Positions 12,181 to 24,199 of a stretch of DNA of 64,000 bases are shown here, piece after piece. The stretch is from positions 54,436,001-54,500,000 of the forward strand of contig NC_043000.1 in the NCBI RefSeq assembly GCF_006345805.1, read 5' to 3'. This DNA is from Octopus sinensis. Its lineage: Eukaryota. Positions within the stretch are counted from its first letter, which is position 1. Each line of letters begins with the position of its first letter. The notes under the pieces are model-generated. The model saw only the letters and a list, made by a program, of their open reading frames with translations. It searched no databases and was not told the origin of the DNA. A program made the position numbers and the translations under genes.

Positions 12181-12530
12181 GAGTTTACATGCTGAATCGA
12201 TCTCGTTCTGTCTATATTTAAATCTAAGGCTTCCCGCTGAGGAAGATGGCCTCAGTAAATCTTTATTTTACTGATATAAGTCAGAAACCATGGTCCGGGA
12301 ATTAAATTAGATGGTAAATGTTTTTATTTTTGATTCTCTTCGAGAATTTATCCCTAATTAGTGGCTTGAACTTTAATTGTTCTTTCTAGCGCAATGCTTT
12401 CCTATGATGGAAGCCTCTTAATGTGTTTTAATGTACGCGATATTTTATATGAATAATATATAGTCTATTGACTAAATTTTTTTGCGCTAGACCACTGGTA
12501 GTAAAAATTTCTATAATTCTTATTACCCTA
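12181..12530 (+). mobile_element. Inverted partial copy of the 461-nt unit
   Basis: 12181-12450 is the reverse complement of about 11692-11957 (roughly 16 mismatches in ~250 bp by eye). 12431-12525 is the reverse complement of about 12078-12170. Confidence 0.85.
12231..12301 (+). ncRNA. Type I hammerhead ribozyme motif
   Basis: Stem I is TTCCCG (12231-36) with CGGGAA (12296-301). Core CTGAGGA at 12237-43 and GAAA at 12284-87; palindromic stem III ACCATGGT; predicted GUC cleavage after 12295. Stem II has an A.A apposition at its base, then GAT/GTC and an inner TCAGTAAA/TTTACTGA hairpin. Confidence 0.7.
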
Positions 12531-14141
12531 ATATTATTTAATATACATGTGTGTGTGTGTGTGTCTATGTGCGTACGTATGTATGTACGTATGTATGTAT
12601 ATACATGTGAGTATATACTGATTAATAAACATTTATGCAATATTATGCAATATTACCAACATTTATGCAATATTACCAGTCTGCTCGTTAGAAATATAGT
12701 GGACCACTAATTCGTTCGTCAAAACCCTGCAAACATCGACCGTGTAATTTATTTTTGCCAAAGACTGATGTAACATAATGCTGTTTCCGATAGATTTTGA
12801 GCTTAGAAAGTAGAGTGGCGACGATAGTTCGTCAGTCACTAAAGTTTATACTTTCATTTCTCTGCTCTCTAAAGGCAATAGAACTGAAAATGATGTACAC
12901 GACAGTTGACACATAGAAGAACTAACAGCACCACTAATGGTTCTGCATTAACGACCAGCCTCTAATTAATACAGCAGCAGCGACTGAAGTTTCTTTGAAT
13001 ATTACGCTACGAATATTTCAGTAACTAATCGCTATATTATTAAATCAACTCCACACAATTCCTGGAATCTTGGTACTCTTCAACAGTATTTGTATGGAAC
13101 TGTAGCTAATTCAAGAGCCATTGTAATATTTGCAGATATGGAATAGAATATCTAGTTAGAGTTACATTCCTAGGGCTTTAGCGATGCATAATTAATTTAA
13201 TCTCTCAAATTATGAAATGCCTTGTAGATTCCAAATATAGATGAAAGGTTTCTATTAAAATCACTATAGACAAGAACCAAGGGATAAAATCAATATTTCC
13301 TTTATGGAAATATCAGTTTTATTCGATTTATTCAGATCACATACATTTTAAAAATATAGCATTAAATAGGTTTCGATGGTTTTAAAGGATAGAATAAAAT
13401 AATGCTAAAATGAATATGTGTGGCAATTATTTTCTTTAAAAATGCCTCAGCGTCTTCGATTAAAATTTTGATATCGTATTTCTGCTCATTCAAAAATTTA
13501 GTGGTGGTATCATTCAAAATAATTTTTAAATGCATGCCTTTAGGAAAATTACCTTGGTAGATGATAGTACATGGGTTTTGGGATACTAAAGAATGGCCTG
13601 GTTTAGATGCTAAGGAATTTCAACCATGTTTCGTGGTCTGCTACCACAACAGCTCCTTTATAGGATCCAGTTAGCTCAAGACATTATCAGGTGGAACCAC
13701 GTCCGGTGTCGGCCCCTACTACTCTACCGCTTTGACGTGTCGCCCCCCCCCTTCGGAGGTGTCTTCAGCTCTGGTGTTGGGTGCATGTCTTCTTTCTTCT
13801 GTTTCCTGGCCTCTTCGGTGTAGCGTCAACTAAATAATATCTAATTAATTTTAAAGTCATATCATTAATAGCTTTAAGAATGGTTTGAAGTTCAAGATTT
13901 GTAGAATATTATACCAGAACTGTATGTGAAATATCTTTCTTTAATTAAGGTTCGGTCTTTTTCTTACCCATTTCATTTACAGACTACCAACCCGTCCACA
14001 GTTATTCGTTAATTACATTTCATAAGTCGATTCTAATACTCTAAATTACATAGCTTCCTTCAAAATATAAATTACAGTTTCAGCTCGTACAAATTCAATA
14101 CCACCAAGTCTTCCACTCTCTTCTATTTTCACAGAAATCTA

Positions 14142-15360
14142 TTGGATTGGAAAGAAAGTAATTCGTTTTTCGCAAATAGATAGAGTTACGATGTTTTTGC
14201 ATGACTTTTGTCAATGCTTTGATTTTTTTTTCCTTTTGACATTTGATAGCCGGTACCGTTAGCTTACTTTAGAAGGAAGTTCCGCGTTATTTAGTTTACA
14301 GCCGTTAATTCAGTGTCAGTTTTAAGATGAAGTGCAAAAACGAATATTTTCACTGTATTTTCCTTTTTTATTTTTGTAAAGGCAAGAAAGCTGCTGAGGC
14401 TCACAAAGAAATATGTGATGTTTATGGTGTTGATTGCTTAAGAGAATGCATATGTTAGAAATGGTTTAAAAATTCCGATCTGAAGATTTTTCACTCAAAG
14501 ATGACCAACGTTCTGGTCGACCTACTGAGGTTGATGATGACCGAATCAAAGCCATTATTAAGTCGGATTGTCATATAAATTGCAGAGATGTTAAATGTAT
14601 CACACACAACAAATGAAAATCAATTACATTGTAAGTCTTGGACTCGTTAAGAAGCTCGATATTTGGGTTCCCCATAAATTGAAAAGATTCACTTAACACA
14701 ACGAATCAATATTTGCGATATGCATCTCAAGCGCAATGAAACCGACCATCTTTTGAAACGTATAATAACTCCTGATGAAAAGTGGATTGTATACAATAAC
14801 AGCAATTAAAAACGATCATGGGCCAAGCGTAATGAACCAGCGCAAACCACATCGCAACCTGAATTGCATAAAAAAAGGTCATGCTATCAATTTGGTGAGA
14901 TTACAAAGGTGTTGTATATTTTGTGTTGCTTTCAACGTACCAAATGATCAATTCAGCTGTTTACTGTCAACAACGAATATTGTAAAGGAATCGTGTTCTA
15001 TCATGACAACGCTAGACCACACCCGTCTTTCCAAACACGTGAAAAATTATTGGAGCTTGGTTGGAAGCTAACGTCACATTCACCGTATATCCATTACCTT
15101 GCACCATCAGGATACCATTTATTTCGAGGTTTGCAAAGTTCGTTGAATACTAAAACTTTCAATAATGAATATGACCTGAAATCACACTTCCTTCAGTTTT
15201 TGGCTAATAAGGAGCGCGGAATCATAAAGTTGCCAGAAAATGGCAAAAGGTCATCGAAAGCAATGGAAAATATATAACTGATTAAAGTTAATTCTTTCCA
15301 TGTAAAAAAATGACTTTTATTTCACACTAAAAAACCGAAATTACTTTCTTGTCAACTCAG
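14142..15360 (+). mobile_element. Near full-length mariner transposon, inactive
   Basis: Degenerate TIRs (TTGGATTGGAAAGAAAGTAATT and the reverse complement at 15331-15360), each flanked by TA. Transposase motifs: GKKAAEAHKEIC, RSGRP, WVPHKL, RIITPDEKWIVYNN, YHDNARPH, LAPSGYHLF (third Asp to Gly). Stops and frameshifts present. Confidence 0.92.
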
Positions 15361-15714
15361 TAGAATATATCGAGATATGAAAACTTAACAATGAGAATTA
15401 TTTAGTCCTAGATCAGCCCTGACAAAGAAGGTCTATATTCAACGATATTCCAGCTATGAATACTTCGGCCGTTCTCCAGGTATTATTGTGTATCTATTAC
15501 TAAATTATTCAATGTGAATCATTTTAAAGACAAAATTAAGATATTTGAGAGCAATATGGTTGTTGGGTTTGAAAGTCGCGCAGCCAACAATTTTAACTGT
15601 TAAAATAATAAGGCAATTGACTTTTAATGTATTATTCTCCCAGTATTGTATCTCAGTATTGTTTTTTGTAATACATTTGTCATCAGACAAATTAACGTTT
15701 TGCACTGGCTTCGT

Positions 15715-16000
15715 CGGTCACCATGACGAGTGTTCCAGCTGATACGATCAAGCGAACAACCTGTTGGTGAAATTAACATGCAAGTGGGTGAGCACTACAC
15801 AGACACGTAAACCTTTAACAAAGTTCTCGGGGAGATTCAGCTTGACAGGATGTGACTCTATAAATTACAGATACAACTCAATTTTTCTAACAGATCAAAA
15901 AGGAGCAACGGGAAATAAAGAGTCTTCCTCATGGACACAATGCGCCGCCGGGAATCGCGCTCACGAATTTACGATATTAGCCTGTAAGCCACTAAAGTTT
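15715..16000 (-). mobile_element. tRNA-type SINE, family C
   Basis: The minus strand has a tRNA-like head (AGTGGCTT...CGTGAGCGCGATTCCCGGCGG), TTGTGTCCATGAGGAAGACTCTTTATTT resembling the SINE central motif GTGTCCTTGAGCAAGACACTT, and a distinct 3' body. Confidence 0.65.
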
Positions 16001-17375
16001 AGATGCTGACCAGATGAATGGACGGCGCTGAATTGTTATTTTCTAATTGGACGAGGGGGAATATTTAAGGTACATGATGGTTGTAAGTGAATATAGTTGG
16101 AAACAATGCAGAGAAAAAATTAAATACCAAGTAAAAAATATGTATTTATCATAACAATTACTTTTGTTAAATTTCTATGAGTGGGCTATATTAGCTTTAC
16201 GAATCTAATACGAAATTTTGCCACAAACAAACTTGAATTTACTTCAACAACTTACCACGTATGTATGATTCAGTTACCATAAGAAGTCTAAGTGATTTCT
16301 CAAGTGGTCAAAAATAAAATCATTATTTTCAAAAGAGACTATTTCTTTAAATTTCTCTATTCGTCTAATGTCACGAAAATTTGATATAATACTATTTTCA
16401 ACAATTCAAATACAATTAAACTAGAAACTTGCTTATTATAAATAAGTTATAGATTGACAATAAACGAAATTCAATTACTGGGCATGAAGTGAAAAACTTG
16501 AGGACCTATTGTGAGAAAACCAAATTAGAAATATACAAACATAAAGAAATGTTACATAACTGTCCAAAATGACGTGGCCAAAATATAACAGCTTTAATAA
16601 TTACATTTTTATTACACCACAAAAGCTTACGTAACTTTGGAAATAAATATCCATCAAGATTCGAAATGTTTGTAACTACATACACTTAGGGAGCTAAGAT
16701 ACTTAATGAGTAACAAAGAACATTATGAAAACTTTCCATTCCTATAAACTTTAACGATTCTTTTATTGCAATATATAGACTGGCTATGTTCATTTATGTG
16801 GTTGCCCATCTCACAAAACATAACTGATTAGCGTACCTCAAAACCTGTCCCACAGTCATAGAAGAAATGTTGACACATTGGCTAGCGGTAATCCAGGATA
16901 AACTTTATCAGATGAAAGACAGTCTGTCCAAATCATTGTTAAAGGATTAATATGGACAACATCTGATTATACGTTGCTACAAGATTTTGCTGTTATGTGA
17001 AGCACTTTACGCTTCTTTTTATGATTTCGGTCTGGAAGAAGTAAATAAGCATATGATTTAGTCAAACACTTTAAGATCAGTAAGATCGTAAAGATTCCAT
17101 ACTCGCTCCTATTAGTGTTGAAATTCAAGAACTACAGGAAACAAATATGTTAGGTGAGCATTTTAGATTTCTAGATTGCCCGTATTCTGAGCTGAAGGCC
17201 TTGCCGTAATAGTTAATCTTGTGCCTAAGTGGTAAGGCACAAAATTAAGAATTGAGAAAAATCAGACGGACTGATTACAAAGGGTCTTAAATCAGCCTGC
17301 GAAAAGTGACATAGAACCCGATATAATAGAGATAAATATCACTAAGTGTGGAGCAAAATATCATATATATATATA

Positions 17376-18077
17376 TTTTAAGTAGAAAGAATAGCCAAAA
17401 CTTTTTGACTGCTATTTCTAAATTCGGTGTGTCGTGAGGCAAATCGTTGCTAAACCCTTAATTACTTAGTATTACTTAAACCTTCCTTGAATGGGGCTTT
17501 TACATGCCGAACTCTACTTGGTGAAATTAATGATTATTTCTAAATTAATTAATTAATTTTACCCATTATTATTATTGATAATTGTACTTCATCCCAGTAA
17601 AAAAACTGTAGCATCTTATTTTAGCAGCACGCTGGCGGAAGGGGGATGGTGACATGCTTTCATTCACCCTTTGAATTTGATGGTACTAGTAAGGCTTACG
17701 CTCACTCTGATACCATGAGTTGAGGTGATGTCTTCTAGTGCCTTCAAATTTAATACACAATTATTAATAATTGAGACGCAATTATTTATAATTGAAGAGT
17801 CCTACGCTGAGGAGGAAAATAGTCAGGTAAGACATAATTATTTAATTTTATTGCTCTGCAATGACTTAATTCCGAAACGTACGTCCGTAGGTGACTTAAT
17901 ATAGAATGATTTTCGTCATTTCCTTCTCTTTTGCCTGCGTCGTTTGCTTTTTAAGTGCTTTGGTTTTACTGGGATCTCCCTTTTAAGTAGAAAGAATAGC
18001 CAAAACCTTTTGACTGCTATTTCTAAATTCGGTGTGTGGTGAGGCAAATCGTTGCTAAAGCCTTAATTACTTAGTAT
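17376..18077 (+). mobile_element. 702-bp hammerhead-bearing element: 605-nt unit plus 97-nt terminal direct repeat, flanked by (TA)n on both sides
   Basis: 17376-17472 and 17981-18077 differ at 3 positions. TA runs lie at 17363-17375 and from 18075. No ORF. Canonical hammerhead at 17801-17891. Confidence 0.85.
17801..17891 (+). ncRNA. Type I hammerhead ribozyme with canonical catalytic core
   Basis: Stem I is CCTACG (17801-06) with CGTAGG (17886-91); core CTGAGGA at 17807-13. Stem II is GGAA (17814-17) with TTCC (17870-73), extended by AGTCA/TGACT around a long AT-rich loop. GAAA at 17874-77; palindromic stem III ACGTACGT; predicted GUC cleavage after 17885. Confidence 0.88.
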
Positions 18078-18121
<44 letters not shown>

Positions 18122-19002
18122 TATATATATTTTCATGTATGTATGTATGTATGTATGTATATATCTATCGTTACTTTTTATAAAACACCTTTACTTCTTG
18201 GGATTTCCAATGTGCATTTTCGCTTATTTTTCTTCTTACTTTCCCCTTACATTTCCATTGTTAATTAAACATCAATGCAGAGGTCAACTGTTCTGTTTTC
18301 TAAGAAACTTATGAAAACATGTTTACATTCACTAAAATTATCTTCGAAAGTGGTTGTCGATATGTATGCATCTCGGTGCAAATGCGAAGTAGACCTACAG
18401 TATTGTATGCTAAGTTATCCTCCGTCTGTGTATTGTTCTTTCATAAATGAGAATGATACCCACAGCGTACAACTAGAAACTTGCAGGCGCCGTTTTATAT
18501 ATTAGGTGTTAAGCAATGAAAATGTGTGGGAGATGATGTGAGTTAAAAAAATTATGGAGGAAAAGCTATTTAGCACACGATTCCCAATGCTGGACTTTTA
18601 TCAGCTACTTTCAAATGTGAAAGTGTCTGGAATTTCCCATTATCACTTTTCAAAAATAACATAAAATACAAAGACAATTTGGTATGAAGATATAAAGTAA
18701 GTTCAATAAGCTTAATAAAAAAGAATAGAAAACAAAATCTACCACAGTTTCATTCCTATAAGAACGCAGTGTCTATTGCACAGAAAAGAATCTTGAATGC
18801 TTCATGAAAGGTCAAAGTTTGACTTAACATTGTACACAGATTTTTCCGTGATATTGCTGTTGTGAAAGAATGTGTTACAGTTTCAGAAACTGTATATAAC
18901 TTGTTACAGACTACCTCATTCTCATAGACAATCAATTACGATAGCTTGTCAGACTAAGAAACACGTCTGCACACTGCATTCCGAAAGTCAATGTCACTTC
19001 AT

Positions 19003-19056
19003 TAGTCACCTGATGATCATCATTTACAGTCATTTATGGGAAACGTTATGTGACTG
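19003..19056 (+). ncRNA. Degenerate hammerhead-like motif
   Basis: TAGTCAC/GTGACTG 7-bp stem I (one G.U), CTGATGA, TCAT/ATGG stem II and GAAAC. The stem III and cleavage region (GTTAT) is out of register. Confidence 0.35.
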
Positions 19057-19329
19057 TCAAGATTAGATGAAAAACATTCTCACACTAGAATATAGTAGAA
19101 AGAAATAAGCTGGTTATAATTTACAAATCAACAATGATAACTTAAAGAAATATATATTATCTTGCTGAAGAATGTGCTAGCATCACGCAGTATCGTTACA
19201 TTTAAAGAGAAAACATTTCATGTACGATTACTAATTATCGACTTTATCGTATCTATAATGCTTTGGCCAACATGATACATACGGATAACTGATGCAAAAA
19301 GAAATACTTACTTTATTCAATACTATTTC

Positions 19330-19775
19330 TTTATATGAGTGTTCTTTTGAAAGTAATTCAAAACTGATATTGTTAGACTAACGCATCGGACATGCACAGA
19401 AAGCCTCATGTAGTTTACGGAGATGAAACCATGGACAAAAGCAATATACATATGGATGAATAAATTTAAAGACGGAGAAACCGGTATTGAAGAAAATCAT
19501 GGTATTCTTTCAGCTGCCAACATTGACACGAGTCAGCGGTGAGTGGACGAATTAATCCGTGCAGACAGATATGTCATGATCCATGACTTTGCCACGGAAC
19601 TGAAATTTCGTGACAAAGCTTTACAGAGTTGGTGGAAGTCTGAGTATTGGAAAAGGGTGTATAAAGTAGGTACCTCAGTAGTTGATACACAATTTTAAAG
19701 AGAAAAGGGACTAAACTCACTCTGATTTGCTGGAAGCGTTTGATTGAAATGAAGACTTGTTTATTTCCTAACTCA
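19330..19775 (+). mobile_element. Mariner transposase N-terminal fragment
   Basis: VVYGDETMDKS..KFKDGETGIEE..RVDELIRADRYVMIHDFATELK, then K*VPQ*L..HSDLLEAFD..DLFIS, following the mariner HTH to WVPxxL layout. No TIRs recognised. Confidence 0.7.
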
Positions 19776-19779
19776 AGAG

Positions 19780-20700
19780 AATTCGAGGTATTGTTTGGTT
19801 GAACACTCAAATTGGGCAAGAACTGGAACGAGGGGACAAAGAAGGTGGTCTGTCTCATCTACAAAGGGTTTGAGAGGACGTTATTCGTGAAAGGATGAGC
19901 AGAATTGCAAACTTTTGGGTCGCAACTGCCTCATAATATGCTTGATCGTTGTACCTAACCATTTCACATCTGAAGAGACAAGAACATTTGTTCTTTCATT
20001 TTCTATGTAAGGAAGGCATTCCACTGGACAGACGTTATATTTGTTATCAATATTCGTTGACTTGAGGACCGGACATACTATAGCAAATACTATACAAACA
20101 TACGCCGTGACTGAGGCACATTCCTCATTTCCCTGTCAAAGAAGAGGTATAGTCGGCGTTTTTGATGCATGTGTTTCCCAAGATCGATCCTGGGTCCAAC
20201 AAATACGAAGACAGGGCACTTAGTAACTCCAATTTCGTCAGGCTTTCACAGTTCCCTACAAGTCGGGCTATGCGATTGTTAGAAATTCCACTTTTGTGTT
20301 CCATGTAGGCCAGCGGCCGCTATGAGCAACGACCTTCTTTGGGAAGACTGCAGGCGTGGGCGAAAACCTACTGGCTGGTTTATTCTGAAGGAATTTCGGG
20401 CAGGAGCCAATGGAAAATCTCTAGAAATCCCTAGCGTGATAGTGCTACTGAAGGTAACTGTCTTCAGCCAAGCATCCTCAAGATGAGTGTCGAGAGGCAT
20501 CCTTTCTTCTAGACAAATACAGCTTATCTGTGTCACTTTTAGGATGGAAGGCTCCGTGCACTGTCAATATATTTTTGTCTTCGTATCCATGTTCATCAGT
20601 TCTTTCTTTTGCCAGTTTATTCCTGTATCACCCCTTCCTTTCTGGTTCCTATTTTGTGGCGGAGAAATACATAAGAGTATTATTATAGTAGAAGATATAG
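19780..20700 (+). mobile_element. Possible decayed non-LTR ORF2 C-terminal region and 3' UTR
   Basis: GC-richer than the flanks. Fragmentary motifs DKEGGL, ET-EHLFFH, CFPRS..GHL and LLWED lie in shifting frames, followed by a T/C-rich tail. Clade not assignable. Confidence 0.3.
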
Positions 20701-21178
20701 ATAGTAAATTATGGATGGTAAATTATGTTAATGTTCACGTTCAGTCACATACCTCCCTTGTACACGCACACATATACACATATATACTCACACAGAGTTG
20801 AAACGCTGTTTGATTTTTTCAGCGTTGAACTTTCAACGTCCCATTTCCATTGCACACACACACAAACACACACAAACACACACACACACACACGCACACA
20901 CAAACATTTACATAACTTCATTTTACATACACCCTGATATACTCACACAGAATTAAAACGTTCATGATTTTTCAACCCATCCTTAGTCATTCATCAATCA
21001 CCCCTTCCTTTATCATATGTGACGGAGAAAAACAGAAGATACACGACGCGCTCTTTGCCACTTCCTTTCTCTCATGGCTATTACTTTCTGTCACTGCCTC
21101 TCAGTCAGGGCTATTACTCTCACTACCTCTCCTTCACCGAATTTCTATTTCCTCCCCTGCTCCGTCCTACGTGATTTT

Positions 21179-21239
<61 letters not shown>

Positions 21240-21349
21240 GTGTAATAAATAAAATATATGCATACATACATACATATATGTACGTACCTACATCTACATG
21301 TATGTATACATGCATATATAAATATATATATACGTGAGTACAGGACACC

Positions 21350-21735
21350 ACAAATAGACGTAGAACTCAACGAGAAATGAAAACGTAAAAACAAGCATGG
21401 AACGGACCATTTTTTTACAACGAAAAAACAGAGTACAAGACAAACTACACAAGGAAAAATCCCCTTCATCAGTTCTCCCTAGTTCAATTCCAGCGTGTTT
21501 CGAAGGTGAGGACAGAACACGACTCGTCGAACTAATCCTTCCTGCGAAAGAATTAAATAAAATTACTTCGCAGAAGGGTAAAAACAAGGAAAGAAAAAAT
21601 GTGACACAAACAGGGCGTAAAAACGATACAAATAAAATCACAAAATAAAATACAAAATAAAAATACAATTACAAAAAAAATACAATATGAGAAATAAAAA
21701 CAAACAGGAAAACAAACGAAGAGGGCCTTACATAT
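21350..21735 (-). repeat. ~380-bp non-coding insert flanked by TA-rich microsatellite, with a long hairpin
   Basis: The hairpin CCTTC(C)TGCGAA...TTCGCAGAAGG lies at about 21536-21577. The minus strand has CGAAAC and CTGATGAAGG half-motifs. No related copy found in the window. Confidence 0.3.
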
Positions 21736-21769
21736 ATATACATATAAACACTAGGCTCATTGTTATATT

Positions 21770-21857
21770 CTTATTCTTTTTCTTCTAATTATTATTATTA
21801 TCATTATTATTATCATCATTATCATCATCATTATTATTATCATTATTATTATTATTA

Positions 21858-21912
<55 letters not shown>

Positions 21913-21933
21913 CATTATTATCATTATTATTAT
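21770..21933. repeat. (ATT/ATC)n microsatellite
   Basis: Direct reading. Confidence 0.95.
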
Positions 21934-22112
21934 TAAAGCGGTGAGCCGACTAATGCTTTGTGGCATTCTTCCATCTTTACGCTTGAGTTCAAATTGTACC
22001 GAGGTCCATCCGTTGGAGTCGATAAAATAATTACCAGATGAGCACTGGCGTCGATGTAATCGATTTACACCATCTCCCCAAAATTGCTGGCCTTGTGCCA
22101 AAATTTGAAATT
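21934..22112 (+). mobile_element. SINE family B, diverged
   Basis: GAGTTCAAATTG..GAGGTC..GTCGATAAAAT..GTCGATGTAATCG, tail GGCCTTGTGCCAAAATTTGAAA. Confidence 0.75.
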
Positions 22113-23565
22113 TCATATTATTCTTGTTGTTGTAGGCATCGTCGTCGTTAATGAATTGTGACACTTGTCCCGGCCTTCTACCTTCATTTAATCCTCCCGA
22201 TTTCGATAAATTAAAGAACCATCTAAGTACTGGAATCAATAGTATCTACTTACAACATCTATTAAAATTTCCTGGCCTTCTGCCCTAAACCTGTTAAAAT
22301 TGTATCGAGTACACAGAAATAGTAGCGCGTCGAACAAAAAGCTTAGTGGCATTTCCGTTTCTGAATAATCTTGCTGGAATCAGTTTTACCTTTCGTGAAA
22401 GCTGGACTGGCTAGATATGGCTGTCAAAGATTCCTCATATCTCACACCATTTCTCTAGATTCACTGAATCTGGGAAAGTAACGGGATGGACTCAGCCGAA
22501 AAGAATTTGATTATGTGACTGTATATTTAAAACTGACCAGTGGCAAAACGACTCCAATAATTGCAATAGCAGCTATGTCTAAATTCATTTCGCTCTACAA
22601 AACAAATTTTGGAATGATTCATATCTAGAGGATATGTTTCGCATCTACTTAAAACCGTCCAATAGAAACTGAACTGCAACCCGTAAAATACCTTAGGGCT
22701 TATGAAACACTTCATATTTTTTTTATAACAATGAGATGAAATTCAGGTAGGTCGATTTGAGGTTTTACACGCAATGTAAATTATATTTCACCTGACTTTA
22801 GGGAGTTTTGCCATAGTATATGAAAATTGCCTTCAATGAAGCAAAATGTTTAAGTGGGACTTGGCTTTAGTTAACTCGAGGGAAAAAGGAATACGGATTT
22901 AGAATTCAGTGAAAACCTATTATGTTGTTGGCAGCAATTATTAGACCGTTGTTCTGCTATTCTGTAAACGCGGCATGCGAAAATTGCTGCTAAAATTCAG
23001 CATCCCAATTATAGCAGTCAAACAACCGAAAGCTTAGATGGTTGCACTAATTTATCGAACGTGGCCATAATTTCACTCTAATTTACGCAGTTTACATTTC
23101 ATAATAATAATATTATTATTATTATTGCACCGTGTTATATTTCATTAGATTAATATTTTTAGTTTCATAGCTCTCATTATTTAAAATAATCGTTGAAACA
23201 TACAGCTTGGGATTCGTTATTGGGTTTGTGCATATTGATATTAGTTTCGAAAATTTCCGATATTGCTTCAGCTTAGATTAATACATCTAAGCTAAAATCA
23301 GAAGAAATACTTTTTTTAAGAATGTTCAATTTTTAATTATATCACATGCGATTCTATGCAGATGTTTGAAAAATATCCCTTTTGTCGTTTAACTAGGAAA
23401 TTTAGCCGTCATATGACGTAGAATTTCTACAAAATTGTTTTGTATGCTACAAAAAATTATATATTATTTAGAATGTTCAACAATCACTCGTTGGTTGAAC
23501 ATTTTGGATAGGTAATCTTATGGAATGTAATTAGTAAATACATTAGCAAAAAAATAATTCATACT

Positions 23566-23760
23566 AAGACAGTGAGCTGGTGGCCGGGCAAAATACTTAG
23601 CGGTATTTCGCCCGTCTCTAAGTTCAAATTCCACCGAGGTCGACTTTGCTTTTCATCATTTCAGGGTCGATAAAACTAGGACCAGTAGACAGTGGGGTCA
23701 ATGTAATCGACATATAGTATTCCCATAATTTTATGGCCTTGTGCATAAATTTGAACCTAA
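23566..23760 (+). mobile_element. SINE family B
   Basis: GTGAGCTGG..CTTAGCGGTATTTCG..AGTTCAAATTCCACCGAGGTCGACTTTGC. Confidence 0.8.
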
Positions 23761-23879
23761 TAATTAATTAATGAACAAAAGTTTGCACCAGAGACCATGC
23801 TCATTGCCAGGCAAACTCAAGCACACACATACACATACATACACATATACATACATAAACACACTCACGCACACACATA

Positions 23880-24075
23880 TTTATATTTTACTTTGTTTCA
23901 GTCGTTGGACTATTGGACTCCGACTATGCTGGTGCACCGCCACGAAGTGTTTTAGTCGAAAGAATCGCTCCCAACACTTTATAAGCCACGTAGTTATTCT
24001 ATTGATTTTTTTTAACGATGAACTTTTATTCTACGGGCACGTAAAGAAATCAAAACCGGGTTTTAACCGGTGATG
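23880..24075 (-). mobile_element. SINE family A 3' half, diverged
   Basis: TTTACTTTGTTTCAGTC..CTATGCTGGTGCACCGCC..TTTTAGTCGA matches the family A tail in reverse. Confidence 0.6.
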
Positions 24076-24199
24076 TAAGATACAATAGGTAGCAGACAAG
24101 AAAGCATCTCATCCATATAGCATTACTGAAAACTACATATAATCCTATGTGCAAGGGTAATGCAAAATTAAAATAACTTACAAAGATTAAATCATAAAT

